64,000 nt of DNA, taken from NCBI GenBank assembly GCA_964016885.1, contig OZ024740.1, positions 128,154,001-128,218,000 on the forward strand. Reading direction: 5' to 3'. The stretch is from Eledone cirrhosa. Its lineage: Eukaryota. Positions 13,216-25,179 of this stretch are shown here, in pieces. Positions within the stretch are counted from its first letter, which is position 1. The number at the start of each line of letters is the position of its first letter. Under the pieces are notes generated by a model. That model was given only the letters and a program-made list of their open reading frames with translations, was not told the origin of the DNA and did not search any database. The translations under genes were made by a program, and so were the position numbers.

Positions 13216-14208
13216 TATATATTTATATATATATATATATATATATACATTATATATATGGATGTGTAATAGTAATATACGCAGACAGCAAAGCATAAAA
13301 GCATAAATTGCACCTCTCTACGACGATGACACAGGACCGCAATCTCTGGCGTGACGCAGTAATACAGAAGACCCGACTTCCCACGGGAACAAGCCGAAGC
13401 ATATAGACAATATACCGCTATCCCCTCCCACTGCAAAGTGGTCATGGAGGCGTTACAAGACAAAAGAAAGAAAGAAAGAAAGAAAGAAAGGAAGGAGAGA
13501 GAAGAAGGGGGAAGGAAGAAGAAGAGAAGCCAGGGTTAATGTCAGCTATAAGAAGAAAGACAGAAAGAAAGAGGAGGGAAGGAAGATAAGTCTGCAGGAG
13601 GAAGACAGAAAGAGGGGAGAAAAGAAGGAAGAAAAGGGAGAAGTAGAAGAGTAAGGGTTGATGGCTACAAGAGGGAAGATAGAAAGAAAGAGGAAGAAAG
13701 GTCGATATTAATGTCAGACTACAGTCAGGCCAGGAGTGGCACGAGAAAATGTTCACAGGGACCCGTATCTTAGCAGAGGTTAATATAGTGGGGGTCAGTG
13801 TGTTATAATGTGTGAGCAGAAGATTGAAACGTTACGTTTCTGTTTAGACTTATAGGATGAAGTCAAAGATTAATAATTAATAATTAATATCAGAGAAATT
13901 ATAAAATTTAAAGTTAAACAGTTTAACATTTTAAGGTTGATATACCTAATAGTTCTGATTTGATCTGTAAATTAAAGGTACTATGTGGCGGTTAAAAAGC
14001 GGCCGCGCTCCGGGCCTCCCAGGGCGAATTAAGCCACTCCGAGTATTTTCATTTACCGAAAGAAGGGGAAATTTATTTTTCCAAGCACTCAAGGTAGGCC
14101 CTTGCCTCAGGGGACTGGTCGCGCCGCCATTAAAATATATTATTACATTACGATTGACCATACGGAATAGACCAGCTCTATACAGTGGTGAACCTCAAAG
14201 CTGAATGA

Positions 14209-14250
<42 letters not shown>

Positions 14251-15454
14251 CCATATGCTTTTGGGTTAAATAAAGTACAGCATATCCATGCGTATCATAA
14301 GAACTGAAACCGTTGGTGATGGGAAGAGTATCCGACTGTGAGACTTTGCCACAAAAAGTCACACCCAACCCATGCCAGCTTGGAAAATTCAATGTAAAAA
14401 TAATGTTGATGATGGTGATATATGTATATGTATGGTCTTCCCTTACTACAATTGGAAATAATATTTTCGAAGCTCCAATGAGACATATAGAGTTCAGTTC
14501 TTCCAAAGCAAGTTTAATAAATTTATTGCTTGCATAATGTCATTTTTAAGGAGATTTACCATCATTCACTTTAAGCAACTGGCTTAAATTTCTCCAAAGA
14601 GAATATACATTAAAAATAGAAATAAATCCTTCATCCATAGAAAATATTATATAAGTTGCATTTGTTGAAATGGGACCATGTGTCGGATGACAGAGATGGT
14701 ATACATCATATTGAACAGGTGATCATGAATAATAAACGTTTAGGTTCTTCTAAAAATAAACTCAAACGTTTATAATATAGTATCGGGGTGGTAGATGGAA
14801 AGTATAAGGATGCCCATCATATATATATGTAAATGTGTATGAATACATATGTTCGTGTTTGTATGTTATACTCTTCTCTTCTCATTTCCCTTATTGCATT
14901 CAGCATCAGAAGCAGACATTTTCTTTATGCTCTGTATTAACAGAGATCCTGCTGCTCTGGAATCAAACATTGCATAGAACTAAAGGAATTTAGTGTCAGG
15001 AATGCCCTCTACCCATAAAATGTTTCATGCTAACTATATCAACATGAAAAAACAAAACAATATATATGCTACAAGTGCTCAGATTCGTTCACACAGCAAC
15101 AAAGAATAAACAAAGAAAATCTATTCCTTAACAAATTTAAACCAAAACTAAACGGGTTATCACCCCAATAGAATTGTCATAAAATATAAACACACATACG
15201 CACGGAATCACTACTATTAAAGACCAGAGACCAATTCTGTAGAATCAGGTTTATTCATTGACAGACCATGCCTTTGTGTGACCAACACATCCATGTTAAA
15301 CCCTGCACGTGCACACACATATATCTATATATATATGCGCACACAGAATTCACCACTGTCGGTTGCGGGGCCCAATCTACATGAAGAACTCAATGTGATC
15401 AGAATGACTTGTATTTTAATTTCACTGCCCCAACTTCTTATATTATGGAAAAAA

Positions 15455-15753
15455 TATGTGTCTGTATGTATATATATATATATATATTTGAAGGCCATTT
15501 CTCTGTGTGTGGGTGTATGTATGTGTATATGTGTGTGTGTGTGTATGTGTGTGCATGTGGATGTATGTATTGTGTGTGCGTGTGTGTGTATGTATGTGGG
15601 CATCTGGATGTATGCGTATGTGTATATATATATATATATATGCGTGTGTGTGTGTGTGTATATATATGTGTGTGTATGTGTGTGTATATATATGTGTGTG
15701 TGTATGTTTGTATGTATATATATATGTGTGTGTGTGTGTATGTATGTGTGGGG

Positions 15754-15843
<90 letters not shown>

Positions 15844-15882
15844 ATGTATGTGTGTATCTGGATGTATGTGTATGTATATATA

Positions 15883-15933
<51 letters not shown>

Positions 15934-16075
15934 ATGTGTATATATATATATGTGTGTATGTGTGTATGTATATATATGTGTGTGTGTATGTATGTGTGTA
16001 TATGTATATATATATATATATATATATGTATATGTATATGTATGTATGTGTGGATGAAGGTATGTGTGTATATAT
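15455..16075. repeat. Compound (TA)n/(TG)n microsatellite; similar tracts at 8630-8760, 12120-12660, 36140-36310, 37835-37970, 40950-41253, 43480-43715, 50790-52790
   Basis: Directly visible dinucleotide repeats; they produce the YI/CV/HT pseudo-ORFs. Confidence 0.97.
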
Positions 16076-16479
16076 AGGTGTAAGTGCACTAAATCCCTTT
16101 CTATCACGCTCCACTCTCCTACCCATCACAGGAAGATATGTGTATGTATATTGCTTCCACCCCCTCACTGACCAGCAGCTGGCGATTGCTAAATCTGACC
16201 TTTATAAAATAACCCACACCCCAAATAACTTCTCATTCACTACCAGAAAGGGACACAGCAGTCAACCTGTTGTTGCTACCAAGATGAAAACTGCTATGAA
16301 ATCCCACAATGAATTTTATACTTGAATTTTCAAGTCTCAAATTTTAACTCTTCGTATTATTAATTTTTCTTAATATTAATCAACATTTGAAAAGATGGCT
16401 TTTGCAGACCCATCGAAACCGGTCATTTTTTATACCCTTTATTATTTCCTTACCTTATAAAATTATGTTTTTTCACAAA

Positions 16480-16675
16480 AAAGTATTCTGTCTCTTATAT
16501 ATTCCATGTGCCATTACCAACCTCAATTTTCTCTATAACCTTCGCTTTGTGTAGAAAATTACACTTTTCATATATATATATATATGAAAAGTGTAATTTT
16601 CTACACAAAGCGAAGGTTATAGAGAAAATTGAGGTTGGTAATGGCACATGGAATATATAAGAGACAGAATACTTT
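16480..16675. repeat. Perfect 196-bp palindrome centred on a (TA)n run
   Basis: AAAGTATTCTG...ACACTTTTCA(TA)nTGAAAAGTGT...CAGAATACTTT; no mismatch seen by eye. Confidence 0.93.
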
Positions 16676-16749
16676 ATTTATCAATGTTCATTTAGTCCAG
16701 AATTAGCCGTCGAAACGGCTTGAGCTCAGCTGTCGGGGTCTTACTGGTT

Positions 16750-16788
<39 letters not shown>

Positions 16789-17057
16789 CAGAATAATCAT
16801 TAAGCAAATAATCGCTGCTTTCACCCTTAACGGGATCTTCTGAAACTAACAAAGTCAATCTATGAACGCAGAAGTGAATATTTCAAAAAACGTTGCTTAA
16901 ACTTTAATCTGTTATTTTAATAAATATTTGTTCTACGGTTCTTATATATTTGATATATATTTATCCTTATCGACTCCTCTTTGGATTTTAGTCTTCAAAT
17001 TTATTATCATTACTATTTGGCTCCCTCGGTTGAGCACTCTATTTACTTATATTCATC

Positions 17058-19141
17058 ATGCAGAAACAACATCTGAATATTTCTACAAAGAACATATCCG
17101 TACCAAGCAGGAAAACATACCTAAAACTCCTGATACAGAAAACAGACGCGTTCATTAAAAGGTTGCTTGGCGTGCCTTTTATTTCGATAATCAGACAACA
17201 AACAGGATAAATTTGGGTTTAAAACCTATAATAACCCTCCGTGTAACCCAGCATTGCTACCCTTCGAAAATGATGTCTTGGAACTCATACGGAGTATCAC
17301 ATTTCGGAATAGGAGCAATTCCTTCCAGTAGGACCTGAAGAATACAATTCGTTCTATTAAGGATTCCAATGCAGTGCACGTCCATTCCGACAAAACTGGC
17401 AACCTATATCAAGTGGAGCGCAGTACTTACCATCAACTACTACATAATGATGTAACTAAGGATTACCGTAAAACTAATCGGTGCGTCATTAATAAAATCA
17501 ACGATGCTGGGTTTAAAATCACCTCTGATCTCAACATCCTGGACCGGACCGAACCTCTGGACCCTATTTCTCCCCATTTTACCTTGAAGGATCACAAATC
17601 CAATTTTCCGAACAGCCCCTCTATTCGGCTTATTAACCCTACGAAGTCCGATTTATGTATACTTAGTAAAACGATTCTTGATAGAATTATACCTGAAATT
17701 GCACTGTGGAACAAGTCTTTCGCGGTGATTGATTGGTTCAACGGCATATGCACAAGGAACATTGCTGTTTTATCCAATTCGACATCAATAATTACCACTC
17801 CTCCATCACTTTACCACTTCTCCTTAGAGCTATCAATTTCGCTAAAACACTCACAGTGGTTAAGGATTTCGAAGTTGATGTCATCCTCAATGCCCGTAAG
17901 TCGGTGATTAATTTCGACGACTCTATTTGGATTAAAAAATCTAATAGTACCCCATTCGCCGTTAGTATGGGCGCCAGCGATTCTGCGGAGGTTACTGATC
18001 TTATCGGCCTTTTCCTTCTTTTCTCTATCAAGGAAGGTTTTTCCCCAACGTGGGCGGTGGTTTGTACCGTGATGATGGTCTTTTGATCATGACTAAGTGC
18101 GGCCCACGTGCTTTCAACAGGTTCAGAAAAGAATTCGCAGCCTTCTTTAAAGGCTTCAACCTCTCTATACAGGTTGAGGCCAAACTCTCGTTCGTTAATT
18201 ACCTCGACGGTACCCTCAATTTAGCGAATGGCTTGTATTACCCGTATAGAGAGTCGAATGATACGCTTAATTACATAAGTAAGCATTCTAACCATCCTGC
18301 CAGCATAACCAAGAACCTGGTAAGAAACGTTTCTTTGAGGCTTTCCCGTCTATCTACTACCGAGCATATTTTCAACGACCATTCCACATATTACAATGAA
18401 GGTCTTTTTCGGAGTGGATTTGTCAATAAGGTAGCATATACAGAGTACCAGAATAGACCTAGAAGAAATAGATCCCGACGCATTATCTGGTATAACCCAC
18501 CATATAATATGGGGGTGGCCACACCATTAGCTAAGATATTTCTATCCCTTATTACGAAGCATTTCCCCCCTTCACATAAATATAGTATACATTTTAATAG
18601 AAATACTATTAAAAATTCTTACTCTACGACTCCTAACATTGCACATAACATGACAGCTTCAAATTTAGCTAAACTACCGATCTGTAGGAACACGTGCAAC
18701 CCTGTAGTTAGTACTAACTGTAATTGTAGGAATCGGGTTGATTGCCCCCTATCCGGGAAATGCCTCTCTAGTAACATTGTCTACAAATGTAAGGTTGAAA
18801 CACCCACGTCCCGTAGGGCCTACATAGGGTTAACCGCCAATAGATTCAAGCAGCGTCTTTACATGCATACCCATTCTTTTCGTTACCCTCTAAGAAGGAA
18901 TATGACGTCACTTTCAGCTTATATCTTGAGTCTAAAAGACAACCACACCCAATATAAGTTACATTGGGATATCCTAGCTTGGGCTAGATCGTATAACGGA
19001 AATAAAAGACCATGTGACATCTGCGCCGCTGAGTCCCTGGAAATACTCTACGCCACTGACCACATCTTAAACAAAAAAATCTTAGGCAATTTTGGCTGTA
19101 AACATAAATTGCACAACATTTTCCTGTATTATATACCCTAA
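17058..19141 (+). pseudogene. PLE RT + GIY-YIG endonuclease ORF with frameshifts and a stop (probably Nematis-like clade)
   Basis: Fragments carry LKDHK.NF, RLINPTKS, GGLYRDDGL, SNHP, WYNPPY, CNCR..CPLSGKCL, VYKC..YIGLT..FKQR; collinear with the 61899 ORF. Clade name is from memory of motifs. Confidence 0.92.
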
Positions 19142-20061
19142 CGGATAGTACGATCTATACGCGGATATTTTACGTCTTGATGTGGTAGCTAAGTATATGT
19201 TATGTGTACTTATTTGCGTAGGTAAGTATATATTACCTGTATGTTTTGTGAAGGTACGTATAATTTCGCGTACTTATATTTGATTGTATATGTTATGGCT
19301 TATTTTTTATATATTCTGGTACATATGCTTTTGGTTATGTGTATAAGAGAGTTTTGCGTATGTGTGAGTATGCGGGTTCGTACGTATGTAGGGTGTGTGT
19401 ATATGTGTACTTCGTGTTTTGGTTGACGTACGTCTCCGAACATATGTGTATTTACATGTAGGTATGTGTGTGCGCTTGTTATATACGTATTTATTTATTT
19501 ATATACGTTTATTTAATATTTTGTATACACGCACACACATATTTATATGTGCGTGTATTTGTATACCTATGGCAAGTGTTTTCGCGTATGCTTGTGTATG
19601 TACGTATATGGATGCGTGTATGTATTTATTTAATTTCAATTACCTCTGTATTTTATTTACTTTATTCTTAACTCTGAAGTGGAGAATCATTCGGTTTCCT
19701 AGTTAGAATTTTAGTCTACCACTTCAGTTATACCATTTACGTGGTTTTGTCTTTGCGTGTAATTGTTCTCCACGCTCCACATATGACGTATTATCTTCGT
19801 TTTTTCTGTTCATTGCCAGAGAACGTCTCGATGAACCACCTAAAAGAATATTAGTCTACGACTTCTTTTATACCATAAACGTGGTTTTGTCTTTGCGTGT
19901 AATTGTTTTTCACCGCTCCAAATAATGACGTATTATATTCCTTTTTTTTCCCGTTCTTTGCCAGGGAACGTTTCCACGAACCAAAGTATCGTCTTCCTGT
20001 CTTCCTCCAGTTGCAACGTTTTTTGAAATATTTACTTCTGCGTTCACAGATTGACTTTGTT

Positions 20062-20112
20062 AGTTTCAGAAGATCCCGTTAAGGGTGAACGCAGCGATTC
20101 TTTGCTTAAACT
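20062..20112 (+). ncRNA. Hammerhead-like fold of PLE family A (variant core CAGAAGA; GAAA is GAAC in this copy)
   Basis: AGTTT-CAGAAGA-t-CCC gttaa GGG-t-GAAC-GCA..TGC-TT-AAACT. Confidence 0.65.
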
Positions 20113-20219
20113 TTAATCTGTTATTTTTATAAATATTTGCTCTACGGTTCTTGTATATTTGATATATATTTATCCTTATCGAGCCCTCTTTGGATTTTAG
20201 TCTTCAAATTTATTATTAT

Positions 20220-20280
<61 letters not shown>

Positions 20281-20299
20281 TATCCCCAAGAGACCCAGC

Positions 20300-21995
20300 A
20301 GAGGGACTACCTCTTGAAATTGAGAGTTATAAGGGCAAAGAAGCAATTAATGAGATGAAGAAAGGTAGTCACTGAGATGTTGAAAGCATCTGGGGAATTA
20401 GGAGCTGAACTAGTCATCTACATCATCAATCAGTTAAAACAGAAATGAGTCATATCCTATGACTAGCATAGTAGTATACTCATTAATTGCTACAAGGAAA
20501 AAGATGATGTGCTAGAAAGGAGCAGTGAAAAGGTCATAAAACTAATGAACTAAATTATAAAAGTGACAGAAAGAGTTCTAGCACAACTAATTAGGGAAAG
20601 TATCAAATTAGATGAGATACAGGTTGGCTTTGTGCTATGGAGGAGTACAAGAGATGCTCTCTTTTTAGTGAGACAACTACAAGCGAAATTCCTAGCTAAG
20701 AGTAAGACCCTATATCTACCATTTGTTGATTAAGAAAAGACCTTTGAGTGCCTCAATATGTTATATAGTGGTCATTAGAGAATCTAGGGAAAGAAAAACA
20801 ACTTATGAAAGTAGTGCAAGCCATGTACTGAGAGTTTCAGTGAAGAATTCAAAGCACAAGTACGTTTGCAACAGGATTTGGTACTTAGCCAAAGCCCAAT
20901 TCTGTTCATTATAGTTCTCCAGGCTATACCAGTGGACTTTATATAGGTTGCACATGGGGTCTCAGTATTTTGATGATCTGGTTCTTATATCTGATTCTGT
21001 GAAAGGACTAGATAATAAATTCAGATTCTAGAAAATGAACTTAGGATCAGAAGAAATTAGAGTAAACTGAGCAAAAACTAAAGTAAGGAAGTAGACAAGT
21101 TGCTGAAGTTAATATGTAGACAATGTGTAGGTTGAAACTCTATGCTATATACAGAATGCAAATCTTGAATACACAATAAATGTAGCAAGATAGAAGGTAG
21201 ACTAACAGGAAAAGAAGATTTTTCATGTGCTAGATGTTCAATGAAAATTGATAACAAGAGTGTCGGTGATATACACGTTTTTCAATTCCAGGTAGAATCC
21301 CTAAAAGTAGTTGATTACTTCTATCTTGGATATCTAATTAGCTGTAGAGGAATGTGTTCCAAGAGCATAGTAGCTAGCATAAAAATGGGATAAAAGAGCC
21401 ACTACCTCTGTTGTCAAAAACATTTTTCTCCCTATGAGCAAAACCCTGTGTAACATATGCAATGCTGCGTGGTATTGAGACATGGGCAGTAAATGCAAAG
21501 AATATGCAAAAGCTGGAGAGAAACGAGGCAAGTATGTTATGATGTATATGCAATGTTAATGTGCATGATTAACAAAGAATGGATGAATTGTGAGAGAAAC
21601 TGTGTATAAGATTAAACATATGTAGTGTGCAGGAGAGAAAAATGTGCCAGTAAGATGTGATGCACATTATTGCTGATTGCTGGGTAAAGAGGTGTCAAGA
21701 AATATCACTGTGGAAAAAATCCGAAAGAAGTTCTTGACAGAAGTGGTGAGAGCTGGTCTAAAAATTCTGATGCTCATGGAAGAGATGACAAATGATCACA
21801 ATGAGTATAGAGAGGCTGTGCTGAAAGAAAGAAACCTGTCCAACTGTTGCAAGTATGAAACATCGGCTATAAAATGATGACATACATTAATGTGGTAACA
21901 TTCCAATTGAAAACAGTCAGTTTTCGTTTGTTGTCTTCGAACAACAGGTACTTCAGAATAACTATAACAATTATATCTGCATATGCACCTCAAAT
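20300..21995 (+). mobile_element. Heavily decayed RTE LINE (RT to 3' end) plus a small APE endonuclease remnant
   Basis: DNA similarity to the 776-3030 element (CYKxK.D, QLIRE.I.LDE.Q.GF, LVRQLQ); ISAYAPQ remnant at ~21970-21995. Confidence 0.8.
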
Positions 21996-21997
21996 CT

Positions 21998-23227
21998 GGC
22001 TAGATCGTATAACGGAAATAAAAGACCATGTGACCTCTGCGCCGCTGAGTCCCTGGAAATACTCTACGCCACAGACCACATCTTAAACAAAAAATCTGAG
22101 GCAATTTCGGCTTGTAAACATAAATTGCATAAAACTTTCCTGTATTACAGCCCCACATTATACCCTAACGGATAATACGATCTATACGCGGATATTTTAC
22201 GTCTGGATGTGGTAGCTAAGTATATGTTATGTTTATACCATTACTTATTTGCATAGGTAAGTATATATTACCTGTATGTTTTGTGAAGGTACTTATACTT
22301 TCTCGTACGTATATTTGATTGTATATGTTATGGTGTATGTTTTATATATTCTGGTACATATGCTTTTGGTTATGTGTATACGTGAGTTTTGAGTCTGTGT
22401 GAGTATACGGGTTCGTACGTATGTAGGGTGTGTGTATATGTGTACTTCGTGTTTTGGTTGACGTACGTCTCCGAACATATGTGTATTTACATGTAGTTAT
22501 GTGAGTGCGCTTGTTATATACGTTTATTTAACTATTTGTACACACGCACTCACACGCACACATATTTATATGTGCGTGTATTTCTATACCTATGACGAGT
22601 GTTTTCGCGTATGCTTGTGTATATACGTATATGGATGCGTGTATGTATTTATTTAATTTCAATTACCTCTGTATTTTATTTACTTTATTCTTAACTCTGA
22701 AGCGGAGAATTTTTAGAATTTTAGTCTACCACTTCAGTTATACCATTTACGTGGTTTTGTCTTTGCGTGCAATTGTTCTCCACGATCCACATATGACGTA
22801 TTATCTTCGTTTTTTTCGTTCATTGCCAGAGAACGTCTCTATGAACCTCCTAAGAGAATATTAGTCTACGACTTCTTTTATACCATAAACGTGGTTTTGT
22901 CTTTGCGTGTAATTGTTTTTCACCGCTCCATATAATGACGTATTATATTCGTTTTTTCCCGTTCTTTGCCAGGGAACGTTTCCACGAACCAAAGTATCGT
23001 CTTCCTGTCTTCCTCCGGTTGCAACGTTTTTTGAAATATTCACTTCTGCGTTCACAGATTGACTTTGTTAGTTTCAGAAGATCCCGTTAAGGGTGAAAGC
23101 GGCGATTCTTTGCTTAAACTTTAATCTGTTATTTTAATAAATATTTGCTCTACGGTTCTTATATATTTGATATATATTTATCCTTATCGAGCCCTCTTTG
23201 TATTTTAGTCTTCAAATTTATTATTAT
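21998..23227 (+). mobile_element. PLE family A, 5'-truncated copy (end of GIY-YIG, 3' UTR, HHR, terminus)
   Basis: High identity to 18982-20224; ends in (TA)n. Confidence 0.92.
23070..23120 (+). ncRNA. Hammerhead-like fold of PLE family A (CAGAAGA...GAAA)
   Basis: Stem I AGTTT/AAACT, stem II CCC/GGG, stem III AGCG/TGCT; predicted CUU site after 23115. Confidence 0.7.
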
Positions 23228-23906
23228 ATATATATATATATATATACATACATATGTATACACACAATTATATTCATACATAAGTATGCATTGCCTCTAT
23301 GTGAGCATATATGTGTTCTTCTACATGTGCACATGTGATTGTGTATATGTGTATGGGTAGATAGATAGGTAATAAAAAATCATGCAACTGTATTATATTA
23401 AATTCCATTATACAAATCTTTGTTGAAGAACTAACTCTTTCCTTTAGAATTTCATTTCAATAAATATATGAAGAGCATATTGACATTTTTCTATTAAAGT
23501 ACTTAGTACTGGGGATGACTATAAATCCTATCTAGTCATGTAATTTTGACATGCACAAATGGAATTTCATTTTGATAAATCTATGGCTAAGCAAACTATA
23601 ACACTTACACCCCTCCTTTACTAGGTTTCTTTAAGTCCTCAATAGAAAAAAATGTAAAAATAGCACTTGAAGAAATTATAAGAGCATTTCTTATTATTAT
23701 AGTAGTGGGTGAAGTCTACTATGATTCAAATAACTAGTTATCTTCTTTTTATTTGCTGCTGTTAAGAATTCCTTTTGCTATAATATAAAGAATTGAAAGT
23801 GTCGATAATAGGACTATTTTAATTAAATCATATATAAGCTTCTCTTCATTGAGATAATGATGATGGTTATTAAGGATTGTTGAGATAAACTACAAAATGA
23901 AATAAT

Positions 23907-24088
23907 TGTTTCTACTTTTGGCACAAGGCCAGCAATTACCCAGTGCATTACTGGTACTTTATTTTATCGACCCCGTAAGGATGAAAGGCAAAGTTAACCT
24001 CGGCGGGATTTGAATTCAGAATGACAAGGGCCGTAACTCTATGCGTCAAAGCATGGCGTCCGACCCTCTACCGATACTGCCAATCCAC
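23907..24088 (-). mobile_element. tRNA-derived SINE, near full length, 18-bp TSD
   Basis: Reverse complement of the 39801 copy; ACTACAAAATGAAATAAT at 23889-23906 and 24087-24104. Confidence 0.9.
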
Positions 24089-25179
24089 TACAAAATGAAA
24101 TAATGATAACTTTTTTTTCTTTTTACTACTTTTATTCATTGGACAGCAGCCATTCTGGAATATTATCTTCAAAGGATTTTGTTGAATTTCAATCCCAATA
24201 CTTATTTCAGTCTCATATTTATTTTGATAATCTCTGTTTGTTTATCTGCTATGTTAGTACACATAAAGAAGCAAAATTAAATAATCTAAATAATTTTCCC
24301 ACCTTATCTCCCTGAAATATCTGTTGACTCTGGTCTAACATAAACCTCACACATCAGCACTTACTAACACACAACACACATCCTATTCATCACTAAGACA
24401 TACATCCTGCAACCCTTAAAGAAACAATCTCTGCTATCCAGATCACAATAACTGAAAGATGATATCTATGAAGAATAATTAGGCCTTAGAATGAAAGGCT
24501 TTGTAGTATTTGCCCTGTGTCCTAGGTTCGTGTCCCGCCAAGGTTAAATTTGCATTAGATTATTTGGATGTCAAAAGAGTTCCATTTCAGAACAGAGGGT
24601 TTGTGGAGAAGTTAGAACATTGGGCTAGCAGTTTAATACAAATATCTCGTCTTTAGGCGGCTTTATCAGTGTTCACTCTGTTTCAAAATGTTTGGACAGG
24701 TCTCTACCTTGGGTGCCCTTAAAAAGCAAAGACTTGTGGGTTCTTCTCTTCTCTCCATGACTACGAAGTAAAACAAAAAATAGTGGATTCTACTTTCAAA
24801 AGTATCCCCCAGATATCAGTAACAATGACTTCCAGTTTGCTCTGATTCAAAATCTCCCTACATCTATACAAATACATCTTGCTTCTCTATGCATTCTCCA
24901 AACTACTTAGATTGCCAACAGCATGGACTATTTCTCTTCATGCACCAAGGACATCCATCTCTCTACCCCACTTTCTGAATTCAATGTTTTCAGTAATTTC
25001 AAAGTTTTCTACTCATCTTGGCTCTCAATCATATCCCATACTGATAATCCTGATGCATGAAGAGACTTTTTCACACTCCTGAACCATGATTATTTAGAAG
25101 TAATTTAAAGCAAATAGCCTCTACATTTGCAAATATGCTTGCCTTGCATAGAACGAGTTAAATCTTCTAAACTATCCAT

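Larger units (their letters stand above)
16783..20224 (+). mobile_element. Penelope-like element family A, full length with inverted + direct pseudo-LTR pieces
   Basis: Inverted terminal piece 16783-16896; direct piece 16893-17015 repeated at 20102-20224; disrupted ORF; long 3' UTR; embedded in (TA)n. Confidence 0.92.

Noticed and set aside
15278-16325. Long ORFs (220-270 aa) rich in YI/CV/HT, and similar ORFs at 12401-12810, 37663-38073, 43215-43973 and 50791-52883
   Set aside because: They are translations of (TA)n/(TG)n microsatellites, which lack stop codons in several frames.
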